The translations under genes were made by a program, and so were the position numbers. The notes beneath the pieces are model-generated. The model saw nothing but the letters and a program-made list of their open reading frames with translations. It searched no databases and was not told the origin of the DNA. From the IMG/VR virus record IMGVR_UViG_3300033127_000032, positions 1 through 42,025 of that record: DNA of 42,025 bases. One strand, given 5' to 3'. Source of the DNA: a virus. Shown here piece by piece: positions 1 through 7,968 of this stretch. Position 1 is the first letter of the stretch, and the number at the start of each line of letters is the position of its first letter.

Positions 1-55
1 CGTCTGGATGATAAGTAGTGTTAGAATTTTGTAGAATACTTGAAATTTTATTTGC
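1..55. repeat. 55-bp exact direct repeat, copy 1. Identical to 41971-42025. Either a circular-closure overlap or a short terminal redundancy.
   Basis: CGTCTGGATGATAAGTAGTGTTAGAATTTTGTAGAATACTTGAAATTTTATTTGC is read at both window ends. An ORF continues in frame across the junction. Confidence 0.95.
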
Positions 56-295
56 TTCATCTAAAGAAGTTGTAACGATATGAATACCTTTACCTTGAAG
101 GTGTTTTTTCAATAAGTCATTTCTTTCGCTAGATCGCTTTAAAAACTCTAAAGATTCTTGCATTTCTTTTTCTAACCGAATATGATATTTTAATATATCT
201 TTTTTTAAACCGTTTAAAATTTTGTTTTTATTATAAAAATGGTAAGCCACCGAAACAAAAACAATTATAGTTGAAATAGATTCTAACAATATCAT
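1..295 (-). CDS. N-terminal part of a 168-aa membrane-anchored protein that wraps the window junction and continues at 42025..41759.
   Basis: ATG at 295-293 overlaps the TGA of the upstream ORF (ATGA). My translation is MILLESISTIIVFVSVAYHFYNKNK..., with a hydrophobic N-terminus. The frame stays open to base 1 and continues at the other window end. It is missing from the ORF track because it is split. Confidence 0.7.
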   Translation of the reverse strand, partial: MILLESISTIIVFVSVAYHFYNKNKILNGLKKDILKYHIRLEKEMQESLEFLKRSSERNDLLKKHLQGKGIHIVTTSLDEANKISSILQNSNTTYHPD

Positions 296-558
296 ACCGT
301 GAATTTTATTTGATCCCCATTAGCTAAAACATTTCTTTCTTCATTGAATTTTATTTGGTCTAACATCCATTGATTAGATACGTCAAAATGTCTTGGAACC
401 TCTGTTAATATACTTAATTGTTTATTATGCAAAAATGAAACATACTTTTGTTCTGATTCATTATGTATCGCTTGTTGCATCCTATGTTTATACTTCAAAA
501 AAGATAATATTTCTTCTTTAAGTAATTGCGCTTCAAATAAAGTGATATTAGCTGACAT
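292..558 (-). CDS. Hypothetical protein (88 aa).
   Basis: Minus-strand ORF in the same-strand gene array. It overlaps the stop/start of both neighbours. No recognisable motif. Confidence 0.6.
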   Translation of the reverse strand: MSANITLFEAQLLKEEILSFLKYKHRMQQAIHNESEQKYVSFLHNKQLSILTEVPRHFDVSNQWMLDQIKFNEERNVLANGDQIKFTV

Positions 559-751
559 TTACATTTGGTTGAATTAAATACTTTACACCTGTCCAAAAAC
601 CAATAGTTTCATTACAGACGTCTAAACCTTTTTGTGTTGGTTCATACTTTTCCTTTAATCGCCAAACATTAATAGTGTTGTTTACGTTTTCTAAAGCTTT
701 TTCCTTACCTAGTTTTTTAACTAAATAATCTGCTTGCTGTTGCTTTGTCAT
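548..751 (-). CDS. Hypothetical protein (67 aa).
   Basis: First ORF downstream of the conserved promoter box at 761-825. Confidence 0.6.
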   Translation of the reverse strand: MTKQQQADYLVKKLGKEKALENVNNTINVWRLKEKYEPTQKGLDVCNETIGFWTGVKYLIQPNVNVS

Positions 752-760
752 AATTACAAG

Positions 761-825
761 TTTTGTGATAAATTTAATTTTGTGATGTTCAAATGTAATA
801 AAAATATTTATTATATCACAAAGTT
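761..825 (-). promoter_or_regulatory. Early-type promoter P_C (Bacteroidota-like TTTG-N21-TACATTTG) with flanking TTTTGTGAT / ATCACAAAG boxes.
   Basis: Minus strand reads cTTTGtgatataataaatatttttatTACATTTGaacATCACAAAAttaaatttATCACAAAAc...ATG. The -7 box is at 790-797 and the -33 box at 819-822. The core TAATAAATATTTTTATTA is shared with 3981-4020, 9963-10003 and 16274-16322. Confidence 0.6.
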
Positions 826-829
826 TTTA

Positions 830-2338
830 TCAAAAATCATTTTCTATTTCTATTTCTAAATAATCATCTTCTAAATAATGAAACTCTAATTGAGAGAACG
901 CGTCTAAACAATCTGGTGATTTGCTTTGTAAATATGTTTTCATTTCCTTTTTAGGGATCACACACAATTTCCCATCCATATCCGCCTTGTCTCTCTTAAT
1001 CGCCTTTCTTTCATACATCAATTGTTCTTTCAAAGTTCTAGTATCGTTAAAAGGTCTATTTGCTATTTCTTCTGGGATGTAGTATTCCCCTCTTTTAACA
1101 GCGTCACCAGACTTGTAGAAACATTGAGATTTTAGGTTTTTATAATTTTCTCCATTCCTAGCCCTAGAATTATTTGTAAACTCCTTAGCATCTTCTATAA
1201 ACCCATCTACAAACCATCCTAAACCATCATTATCAAATGATATATTGTGATTCGATACCTCGTGCTTATAAGCTAAGTTATTTATAACATCTATTATTTC
1301 GTTACCCTTGTTATGGCTATACACTTCAAAATCTATCATCATTTTTCCTTGCCATACAAACACTACGAAATAATCTGATCCTTTTCCTGCAATATCAGAT
1401 GTAATCCTTTTCTGAGAATCCGCATACCTATCTCTTAAATAATGATTAGTAAACATTGATTTAAAAGTAGCGTATTCGTAAATGTCTCGTTTGTTATGTT
1501 TTATTTCCCAATTACCATCTAACAATCTGTTTTTTTCTTCTTCTGGTAGTGCGTTCAAAGAACCTAAATATGATGGATCAGCAGTTAAAAGCTTTTGGTT
1601 TTCATATATGGATCCAGAAACAAAAGTAACAGACTTGATAAAATCGTTAACAGACAAAATAACGCCTTTTTCCTTTGCCTTTATTATCATATCATCTAAA
1701 ATATGATTTGCCTTGTTATATACGTCCTCTTTTGATTCACCCCACACATAATTGTCATTATGCATAAAAAAGTATCTTAAAACACCGCTTCTTTCTTCTA
1801 TTGGGAACCCATCTTCACCTATCCACCAACCTATAAAGTCTTTCACCCAACTATCTGGGTCAGGATTGCAGGTGGCTCTTACTACTGGCTGAACCCCACA
1901 AGTTGAACGATTACGAGATAATAGGTAAAAGAACATTGACTTTGTGAAGTGTGTTAATTCGTCGAAACCTATAAACGGTATTTCCGATCCCTGCCAATCG
2001 TATTTGTTTTTTTCGTATTCTAAATGAGAAAATTTTATTTTAGTTTTATGTTGACCAAAATACCAAGTCAATTTCGATTCAACAGGGTAAGTCTCGGGTA
2101 ATTTCTTATAGAGGTCATTACTAGCATCCCATAAACCACCTTGCGACTTTATCTGTGTACTTGTACGTCTAAATATAACACCACCAAAACCTTTTACAGA
2201 AACATATCTTAACGGATCAAACAACAAACTAAATGTTTTTCCACAACCTGCAGAACCACCACCTATAAGAATATCAGCAGATGATGTTATTGCTTTCATT
2301 TGATAGCCAGGTTGTGGTTCCAAAACCTCTCTTTCCAT
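830..2338 (-). CDS. terL: Terminase large subunit.
   Basis: 502 aa. Walker A is GGGSAGCGKT, with a Walker B-like IGFDELTHF. The size and a C-terminal half of nuclease size fit TerL. It lies directly downstream of a TerS-like gene. Confidence 0.9.
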   Translation of the reverse strand: MEREVLEPQPGYQMKAITSSADILIGGGSAGCGKTFSLLFDPLRYVSVKGFGGVIFRRTSTQIKSQGGLWDASNDLYKKLPETYPVESKLTWYFGQHKTKIKFSHLEYEKNKYDWQGSEIPFIGFDELTHFTKSMFFYLLSRNRSTCGVQPVVRATCNPDPDSWVKDFIGWWIGEDGFPIEERSGVLRYFFMHNDNYVWGESKEDVYNKANHILDDMIIKAKEKGVILSVNDFIKSVTFVSGSIYENQKLLTADPSYLGSLNALPEEEKNRLLDGNWEIKHNKRDIYEYATFKSMFTNHYLRDRYADSQKRITSDIAGKGSDYFVVFVWQGKMMIDFEVYSHNKGNEIIDVINNLAYKHEVSNHNISFDNDGLGWFVDGFIEDAKEFTNNSRARNGENYKNLKSQCFYKSGDAVKRGEYYIPEEIANRPFNDTRTLKEQLMYERKAIKRDKADMDGKLCVIPKKEMKTYLQSKSPDCLDAFSQLEFHYLEDDYLEIEIENDF

Positions 2339-2413
2339 ACTACAACCTTATAAACTCATAAATCAATAAAACCAAATTACTAACAAAAGCGGAAATAATA
2401 AACTCTACCATTA

Positions 2414-2908
2414 CTATTGCTCTTTTATTGGTCTCCCATTATCTGGCATTCTAATTATTGCACTACTTAAAGTTTCGCCATTAGAAGTAACATCTATTTT
2501 GTCTCCATACTTTTTAGGCTTCTTTCTACCTGCAACCCATTTTAAAGCATCTATCATAACTCTCGCTTGATCTGGTTTTGTTCGACCAGCTTCTACATCA
2601 TCTACAATACTTTCTATTCGTTCTACATCATTTTCAGAGCTTTCCTGTCTCGCACGTGTGTAGTTGTCTAAAAAAGATTGGTCAAAATCTTTGTGTGCTG
2701 AATTTAACCAAGTGTATATTTTATCTCTACCTGGTAGTTTGATTTTTGGGTTTTGTGTTATTCCCTCTGTTTTTTTAAGATACTTGTATTCGTCTTTAGA
2801 GTATAAGCGGTGTTTTCTTATTTCTTCAATCTTCTTTAAGCTCATTCCATTTCTTATCTCTCTTACGATGATTGACTTTGCGTTTTTTATTTGTTCCGGT
2901 GAATACAT
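2414..2908 (-). CDS. terS: Terminase small subunit.
   Basis: 164 aa, immediately upstream of terL. It has an N-terminal HTH-like segment and LKWVAGRKKPKKYGDK, a motif typical of phage small terminases. Confidence 0.7.
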   Translation of the reverse strand: MYSPEQIKNAKSIIVREIRNGMSLKKIEEIRKHRLYSKDEYKYLKKTEGITQNPKIKLPGRDKIYTWLNSAHKDFDQSFLDNYTRARQESSENDVERIESIVDDVEAGRTKPDQARVMIDALKWVAGRKKPKKYGDKIDVTSNGETLSSAIIRMPDNGRPIKEQ

Positions 2909-3014
2909 AATTTTCTTTTTAATCCTTTGTGTTTTTTAATGTAAAGCAATTAAAAGAAATCGATTGTGTATGTTGTGTTGTGTGATATATATTCATTCTA
3001 TCCCTTTTAAATGA

Positions 3015-3035
3015 CTTCTATTACAAATATAGAAA
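3015..3035 (-). promoter_or_regulatory. Putative -7 box (TATATTTG) promoter for the terS-terL unit.
   Basis: Minus strand reads TCTATATTTGTAATAG (plus CAAATATA at 3024-3031), just after the last hairpin and about 115 nt upstream of the terS ATG. Confidence 0.35.
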
Positions 3036-3062
3036 AATCCCCCTAAATCAAACTTTAGAGGG
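3033..3062 (-). terminator. Hairpin plus U-tract, third of a tandem terminator array.
   Basis: CCCCCTAAA (3039-3047) pairs with TTTAGAGGG (3054-3062) at 8 of 9 positions. On the minus strand it is followed by ATTTTTC. Confidence 0.4.
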
Positions 3063-3116
3063 ATTAAATCAAAAAAAAAATTTCAAACTACTTTGGCTAA
3101 GTGATTGTAAATATAC

Positions 3117-3147
3117 AAAAAAACCAACACTAAATAAATAGTGTTGG
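3117..3147 (-). terminator. Rho-independent terminator, second of the array.
   Basis: Perfect 7-bp stem CCAACAC (3124-3130) / GTGTTGG (3141-3147), followed on the minus strand by T7. Confidence 0.6.
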
Positions 3148-3197
3148 AAAAATCAACTTACATTAATCTATTAAGACAAATACTAATGTAAAGATAT

Positions 3198-3228
3198 AAA
3201 AAACCCTCTTACAAAACACAAGAGGGTT
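3198..3228 (-). terminator. Rho-independent terminator ending the early/middle operon.
   Basis: 9-bp stem AACCCTCTT / AAGAGGGTT with a 9-nt loop, followed on the minus strand by T6. It lies about 60 nt after the stop of the 78-aa ORF. Confidence 0.7.
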
Positions 3229-3289
3229 CAAACTTCTAACTAATCAAGTTATAATGAAAAAAAATTTACACACTCTAATATACGTATTT

Positions 3290-3526
3290 TTAATCATATA
3301 CACCTAATTTTAGATAGTATTCATAAACATCTACCTCATCTTCCGTATAGACCTCACCTCTGTAAAAGAAAAAACTATCTTTTCCGTTCCAAGACCCTAC
3401 CAATTCTTCCACTTCTTCCTTAGAAAACCCAACTAAGTTTTTAATAATTTCTTTTAGTTCTGAAACTAAATTTTCATCTTTTTTTACTGTTGGATCAGTT
3501 AAACTCCTTAAAACCTCTTTGTTCAT
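3290..3526 (-). CDS. Hypothetical protein (78 aa, acidic).
   Basis: Minus-strand ORF, last gene before the terminator array. Confidence 0.6.
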   Translation of the reverse strand: MNKEVLRSLTDPTVKKDENLVSELKEIIKNLVGFSKEEVEELVGSWNGKDSFFFYRGEVYTEDEVDVYEYYLKLGVYD

Positions 3527-3529
3527 ATC

Positions 3530-3973
3530 CTAGTATCTAAAATTAGTAAAATGTAAAATAGCCATTGGTTCTATTGGTCTATCCTTAAACCATTCACAAA
3601 AATCCTCAAATCTTAAACCATCATTTTCAGATATTTTTGTCCATTCTATCTGTTTTCCATCTACAGTTGCATAATCTAAATTATCTGGATGCTCTAGTTT
3701 TTGAACACCTAAAGATGTTAGTTTAACTATTTCAACTTGATTAGAACGATATGGCTTACCATTCCAATACCTTATGGATAAAACCGCATCCCCTTTATTT
3801 ATAGCAGATTCTTTTTTCTTCCAAGCTTCATAATTACCACGAATAGTATGTATTTTTTTAGAATCTTTCTTTAAAAATAAACCAGAAATAGATTCTACAA
3901 AACCTGTCGATTTTCCTCTTTTTATATGTGTCTGAGGAAATGTTTTAGACACCATTAAAACATAAGTTTTCAT
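3530..3973 (-). CDS. ASCH/PUA-like domain protein (tentative).
   Basis: 147 aa. The pattern KIHTIRGNYEAWKK...GDAVLSIRYWNGKPY resembles ASCH-fold proteins. This rests on recalled motifs only. Confidence 0.4.
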   Translation of the reverse strand: MKTYVLMVSKTFPQTHIKRGKSTGFVESISGLFLKKDSKKIHTIRGNYEAWKKKESAINKGDAVLSIRYWNGKPYRSNQVEIVKLTSLGVQKLEHPDNLDYATVDGKQIEWTKISENDGLRFEDFCEWFKDRPIEPMAILHFTNFRY

Positions 3974-3980
3974 AATATAA

Positions 3981-4020
3981 TTGTTTTGTGATACAGCAAA
4001 TATAATAAAAATATTTATTA
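3981..4020 (-). promoter_or_regulatory. Early-type promoter/leader box P_A.
   Basis: Minus strand reads TAATAAATATTTTTATTATATTTGCTGTATCACAAAACAA, about 10 nt before the ATG. The -7 box TATATTTG is plus 3997-4004. It is near-identical to 9963-10003. Confidence 0.55.
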
Positions 4021-4022
4021 TT

Positions 4023-5084
4023 TTATAGTTTTGAAAGCCATTGATTGTATATTTGTTCTGAAATATTCGCCATCATTACAGGTGGCACACTCATACCTAT
4101 AAAAATAGAATAGTTTGTTTTATTAAAATCATAATCTTTAGGAAAAGAAGAAATCATCAAACATTCTTTTTTGTTTATTGGTCTCATTATATCTGGATGA
4201 TACAACATTCTTGTTTCAGTGTGTAAAGTTGGGCACACCTTATTTTCATCTAAACGAAACCAATTAAAAAAAGAACCGCCACTTACAGAAGAAAAACTAA
4301 ATCCTTTTTTACATTTAGACCAGTATTTTTTGGCTGTAGCAACTGTATTTTTGTCTTGAAAATCCATTTTCATAGTACCTAAATCACCAAACACTATAGT
4401 ATTGAAACAAAAAGACATATCTAATTTAGGAATCACAGTAAACATATCTTTTTGGAATAAAAAACTATTAGCTAAATCTTTACGTAAACATATAAAGAAA
4501 ACTCTTTCACGTTTTTGAGGGACCCCCATTTTTGATGAATCTAACAACCAATGTTGGCAATAATAACCAGCTTCATCAAATTGCCTGTAAATTTCACGAA
4601 CATATTTTTTTGCACCACCTTGAATAAGACCTTTGACATTTTCAGCTACAACAACTTTAGGTTGCAATTCTTTTGCTAAATCTATAAAATCAAAAAATAA
4701 AGTATCTAAAACTTGTTTTGATTGCCCCTCTCTAAATTTCTTTTCTTTACCCCAATCTTTTTCCCTATTTCCCGCCATACTAAAACTACTACAAGGCGGT
4801 GAACCATCTAAAATATCTAAATTATATAATTCTTTAGGCAAGTCTTTTCTTAATTTAAAAGTCTCTATAGATTCTAAATAAGCATATTTCGGCTTATGGT
4901 TTTCCTTATATGCTTCAATCATTTTAGGGTCAATCTCATTGCATCCTAAAACATCAAAACCAGCTAATTTATACCCCATAGTAGACCCACCACCACAAGC
5001 AAAACAACTAAATACAGTTCCTTTATCCTTAGTAAAGTTAGCATCAGCTAAAGTCCAATCATAACTATATTTACTTTTTACCAT
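4023..5084 (-). CDS. DNA (cytosine-5)-methyltransferase.
   Basis: 353 aa with canonical C5-MTase motifs in order: FSCFACGGGSTMG (I), GSPPCSSFS (IV), ENVKGL (VI), QKRERVFFI (VIII), GMSVPPVM (X). Confidence 0.9.
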   Translation of the reverse strand: MVKSKYSYDWTLADANFTKDKGTVFSCFACGGGSTMGYKLAGFDVLGCNEIDPKMIEAYKENHKPKYAYLESIETFKLRKDLPKELYNLDILDGSPPCSSFSMAGNREKDWGKEKKFREGQSKQVLDTLFFDFIDLAKELQPKVVVAENVKGLIQGGAKKYVREIYRQFDEAGYYCQHWLLDSSKMGVPQKRERVFFICLRKDLANSFLFQKDMFTVIPKLDMSFCFNTIVFGDLGTMKMDFQDKNTVATAKKYWSKCKKGFSFSSVSGGSFFNWFRLDENKVCPTLHTETRMLYHPDIMRPINKKECLMISSFPKDYDFNKTNYSIFIGMSVPPVMMANISEQIYNQWLSKL

Positions 5085-5427
5085 AACAGCATTTTTTGTA
5101 CTTCAAACCAGAACCACAGTTACACAAACAATTTCTGCCTTGTTTGTTTTTGTTAATTATAGGTAACATCTTCATTTTTGGTAAAGAATCTAAAACTTTG
5201 TCTAAACCGTTTTGCAAAACGATCATCCTATTTTGTTTAGAACAGATAAAATCTGTAATCATACCATAACTAACATTCCTACCCACAGACTTGAAATAAT
5301 TTGTAATAGCTATAATTTTTTCTATATGAATGTCTTTGTGTGTAATATTTGAGGAACTTAACTTTTTACTTATCAATTTTTTTATACTATTCCTTAATTC
5401 TTGGTTTTGCATAATCTGTTTTTTCAT
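5071..5427 (-). CDS. Small protein with a C-terminal SEC-C zinc-binding motif.
   Basis: 118 aa ending in CLCNCGSGLKYKKCCYGKK, which matches the SEC-C pattern CxCGSGxKYKxCC. The start is ambiguous (M1 or M6) and overlaps the upstream ORF. Confidence 0.65.
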   Translation of the reverse strand: MKKQIMQNQELRNSIKKLISKKLSSSNITHKDIHIEKIIAITNYFKSVGRNVSYGMITDFICSKQNRMIVLQNGLDKVLDSLPKMKMLPIINKNKQGRNCLCNCGSGLKYKKCCYGKK

Positions 5428-5620
5428 TAAAATATCTCCAATAAAATTCTGTATTACTATAATCTTGATTGCTTAGAAACAACCATTTCATTTCTAAATA
5501 ATCAAACCAACCTATAGTGTGTTCATCCAAACAAGGTATATCAATAAAAACATCTACAGAAAACCGACCATTATTTGGGTTTATTTCACTTGGATATTGG
5601 TTTTTATCATCAAATACCAT
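5387..5620 (-). CDS. Hypothetical protein (77 aa).
   Basis: Minus-strand ORF in the array. No motif. Confidence 0.5.
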   Translation of the reverse strand: MVFDDKNQYPSEINPNNGRFSVDVFIDIPCLDEHTIGWFDYLEMKWLFLSNQDYSNTEFYWRYFNEKTDYAKPRIKE

Positions 5621-5909
5621 CCTTTAGACTATCTATTTTCAACATAATAGCACTCACAACATTAAACAAAAAAACACCCGCTATAAAAATCCAATATTCA
5701 TCTTTAGGAACCACAGCAAAGCAAATTAAAGTTAGAATTGCATAAACAAGCCTATTAACAATAATCATCTTTATTGTTTTTTTCTTCCATTGTTTTTCTA
5801 TTGGTTTTTTCACCAAATCTATTAAAACATCTATATCTCTTGATGTTAATAAAGATAGATGCTCTCTTTTAAAGTAATCAAAAATCTTGTTTCTATCAGT
5901 TTGCTTCAT
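5610..5909 (-). CDS. Small membrane protein (99 aa).
   Basis: Two hydrophobic helices in the C-terminal half (LVYAILTLICFAVV, IFIAGVFLFNVVSAIML). Confidence 0.6.
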   Translation of the reverse strand: MKQTDRNKIFDYFKREHLSLLTSRDIDVLIDLVKKPIEKQWKKKTIKMIIVNRLVYAILTLICFAVVPKDEYWIFIAGVFLFNVVSAIMLKIDSLKDGI

Positions 5910-5912
5910 ATT

Positions 5913-6305
5913 TTAAAAAGGTAAGTCATCATCATCTGTGTTATCAGACTGATGATTTTGGTTATTGTTATTTGATTTTGAACCTAACATAGTTAGCTCT
6001 TCTACGTGAATTTCTGTTGTGTATTTTTTTTGCCCATCTGATTCCCAGCTTCTAGTTTTTATTTTCCCCTCTAAATAAACTTTGTCACCTTTTTTAAGAT
6101 ACTTGGCACATATTTCAGAAAGTTTGTTTTTAACAACAATGTTATGCCAATCAGTTACAGACTTTGTTTCACCCTCTTTGTCTTTCCAAGTCTCGTTAGT
6201 AGCCAATGAAAAACGACCTATAGAATTTCCATTGTCAAAATAATGCATTTTAATATCATCCCCTAATCGACCGATTAATATTACTTTGTTTACAGTTCCT
6301 GCCAT
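5913..6305 (-). CDS. ssb: Single-stranded DNA-binding protein.
   Basis: 130 aa. OB-fold SSB signature VNKVILIGRLGDD...TDWHNIVV...GDKVYLEGKIKTRSWE, then an N/Q-rich linker and an acidic tip DDDDLPF. Confidence 0.92.
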   Translation of the reverse strand: MAGTVNKVILIGRLGDDIKMHYFDNGNSIGRFSLATNETWKDKEGETKSVTDWHNIVVKNKLSEICAKYLKKGDKVYLEGKIKTRSWESDGQKKYTTEIHVEELTMLGSKSNNNNQNHQSDNTDDDDLPF

Positions 6306-6664
6306 TATAAATTAAGTTTTTGAGTTAATAATTTGTTCGCTATTCGTGACATTCTTTCTGAACGCTGTATTAAGCTTTTTATATATTTTTCCACCTCTAA
6401 GACATCATCAGATACGTAATATCCTTTATTGAAAGCTAATAAGCATTCAATTTTGCCAGAATTTCTTATATGATGAATCATAACCCTAATTCTGGCGGGT
6501 TTTGTTTTTATACCTAAACTTTTAAGCTTAAAAAGTATTTGTGTTGAATTTATTTTGTTTTTCTTGCCCTTAGCCGATTTTAGTATTTCTACTATTTTTG
6601 GCACAACAAAGTTTTTTTCTTTTTCAGAAATTTCCTTTGTTATTTCTTCAAAATTTGTAATCAT
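6305..6664 (-). CDS. Hypothetical protein (119 aa), possibly winged-helix.
   Basis: ATGA-type coupling to ssb. Only a weak pattern. Confidence 0.6.
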   Translation of the reverse strand: MITNFEEITKEISEKEKNFVVPKIVEILKSAKGKKNKINSTQILFKLKSLGIKTKPARIRVMIHHIRNSGKIECLLAFNKGYYVSDDVLEVEKYIKSLIQRSERMSRIANKLLTQKLNL

Positions 6665-6975
6665 TTTTTGATTTTTTTACCACTGTGAATTTTTGATAAC
6701 TGATATTTATTGGAAAGTTCTGAATTATTTTCTAGCTCTAGGTTATGCTTTAAACAACACCCCCGCCAAAATCTAACATCTAAATATAAACTTATTCCAT
6801 TTTCTTTCGCCCATTCATCGGCGTAACCTACCCTGCCTTTAGTATGTTCTATGGTGGTTGCTCTTTTTCCACAACCACCAATAAAACACACTTTGTTTTG
6901 AGGCATAGATAAAAATCTTTTCCTTATAATAAGGTAAATCTCATCATCTATCTTCCTCTTGTCGCTTTTAGCCAA
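6661..6975 (-). CDS. Cys/His-rich protein, possibly a divergent HNH-type nuclease.
   Basis: 104 aa with CFIGGCGK...EHTKGR...CCLKHNLE. The spacing is loosely HNH-like. Confidence 0.3.
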   Translation of the reverse strand: MAKSDKRKIDDEIYLIIRKRFLSMPQNKVCFIGGCGKRATTIEHTKGRVGYADEWAKENGISLYLDVRFWRGCCLKHNLELENNSELSNKYQLSKIHSGKKIKK

Positions 6976-7237
6976 TTTTATCTATTAAATGCTTAGAATC
7001 AATTTCCTTAACTCCAAATAAACACTCTACTTCTAAAGTGTCAAAATCAATAGATTTACCTAACGTTTTAACAGCACATACAAATTCTAAAATATTTAGA
7101 TTTTCAGAAGTCCAGTAACTTCTCACTATTGTTTCCTGTCTTTCTTCATCTACTGTTTCAATAGTGTTGCTTAAATAGAAATCAACTACCTTTTTTTCTA
7201 CAAAACAATACATTTCTTTTACTACTTTGTTTCCCAT
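6968..7237 (-). CDS. Hypothetical protein (89 aa).
   Basis: Minus-strand ORF in the array. Confidence 0.6.
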   Translation of the reverse strand: MGNKVVKEMYCFVEKKVVDFYLSNTIETVDEERQETIVRSYWTSENLNILEFVCAVKTLGKSIDFDTLEVECLFGVKEIDSKHLIDKIG

Positions 7238-7252
7238 ATAATAAATTTTAAA

Positions 7253-7864
7253 TTACGATACTAAACCCGTAGACACCTCTTCCGCATCTTTCACATCAAT
7301 ACCTTTTACCTCTTTAGATTCTGCTTCATCAAATAAATCTGTTTGGGCTTTTTTGTTTTCATAAAGATATTTAAAAACTTCTCTTTCAATCATTTCTATC
7401 TGACCCTCTACATCAACTTCAATACCTATTTTGTCAGAACTATAAACTATTCTAGGCGTATTTATAGCACACTTAGAATTATTAAAACTCTTAATTTTAC
7501 CACTTATAACAACACCTCTTAATTGATCTTGTCCAGAAATAGATATACCCGTAACCTCTATACGTTCTGAAATATCTATCATCTTTTCTTCAATTTTTTG
7601 TTTTTGCTCACCTTTAAGATATTTAGTTGCTTCATCAAAAACAGAGTTAAAACCATAAGCTAAAATCAAATAGTCTTTTAAACTATCTCTATATCCTAAC
7701 AAGTCTGGATGTGGCTGATAGTCGGCAGATATATTGTGGTTTATTGTTTTATTAACACCATCAATAAGTCTTTTTTCCTCAAAGGTAGCATCTACACCTT
7801 TGTCTGATATTTTACACCCTTTTAAAGTGAAATCATCTAAATTAATTTTTGTTTTTAAACTCAT
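7253..7864 (-). CDS. Hypothetical protein (203 aa).
   Basis: Minus-strand ORF. No motif recognised. Confidence 0.65.
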   Translation of the reverse strand: MSLKTKINLDDFTLKGCKISDKGVDATFEEKRLIDGVNKTINHNISADYQPHPDLLGYRDSLKDYLILAYGFNSVFDEATKYLKGEQKQKIEEKMIDISERIEVTGISISGQDQLRGVVISGKIKSFNNSKCAINTPRIVYSSDKIGIEVDVEGQIEMIEREVFKYLYENKKAQTDLFDEAESKEVKGIDVKDAEEVSTGLVS

Positions 7865-7895
7865 ATATTTCTATTTAATTATTTAAAATTTTATT

Positions 7896-7949
7896 TCGAA
7901 CATTAAAACGTTCGATAACAGTCAATGAAACGTCATTAAAACGACGTTT
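7896..7949 (-). other. Two tandem stem-loops with different stems and an identical apical sequence C-ATTAAAAC-G.
   Basis: The first is TCGAAC-ATTAAAAC-GTTCGA (7896-7915). The second is AAACGTC-ATTAAAAC-GACGTTT (7928-7949). The 10-mer CATTAAAACG sits at 7901-7910 and 7934-7943. Confidence 0.8.
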
Positions 7950-7968
7950 ATTTTGGTGTTAGCGGTTA

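Noticed and set aside
1-55. The 55-bp end repeat, considered as a genuine biological direct terminal repeat.
   Set aside because: It cannot be distinguished from an assembler k-mer overlap of a circular or circularly permuted contig using sequence alone. 55 bp is much shorter than typical phage direct terminal repeats, and a coding frame runs straight through it. I treat it as circular closure until read termini are examined.
830-850. The TerL C-terminus ...EIENDF, considered as another SSB-like acidic tail.
   Set aside because: It shares only acidic residues and a terminal Phe. The D-L-P-F core and the nucleotide identity seen between ssb and the helicase are absent.
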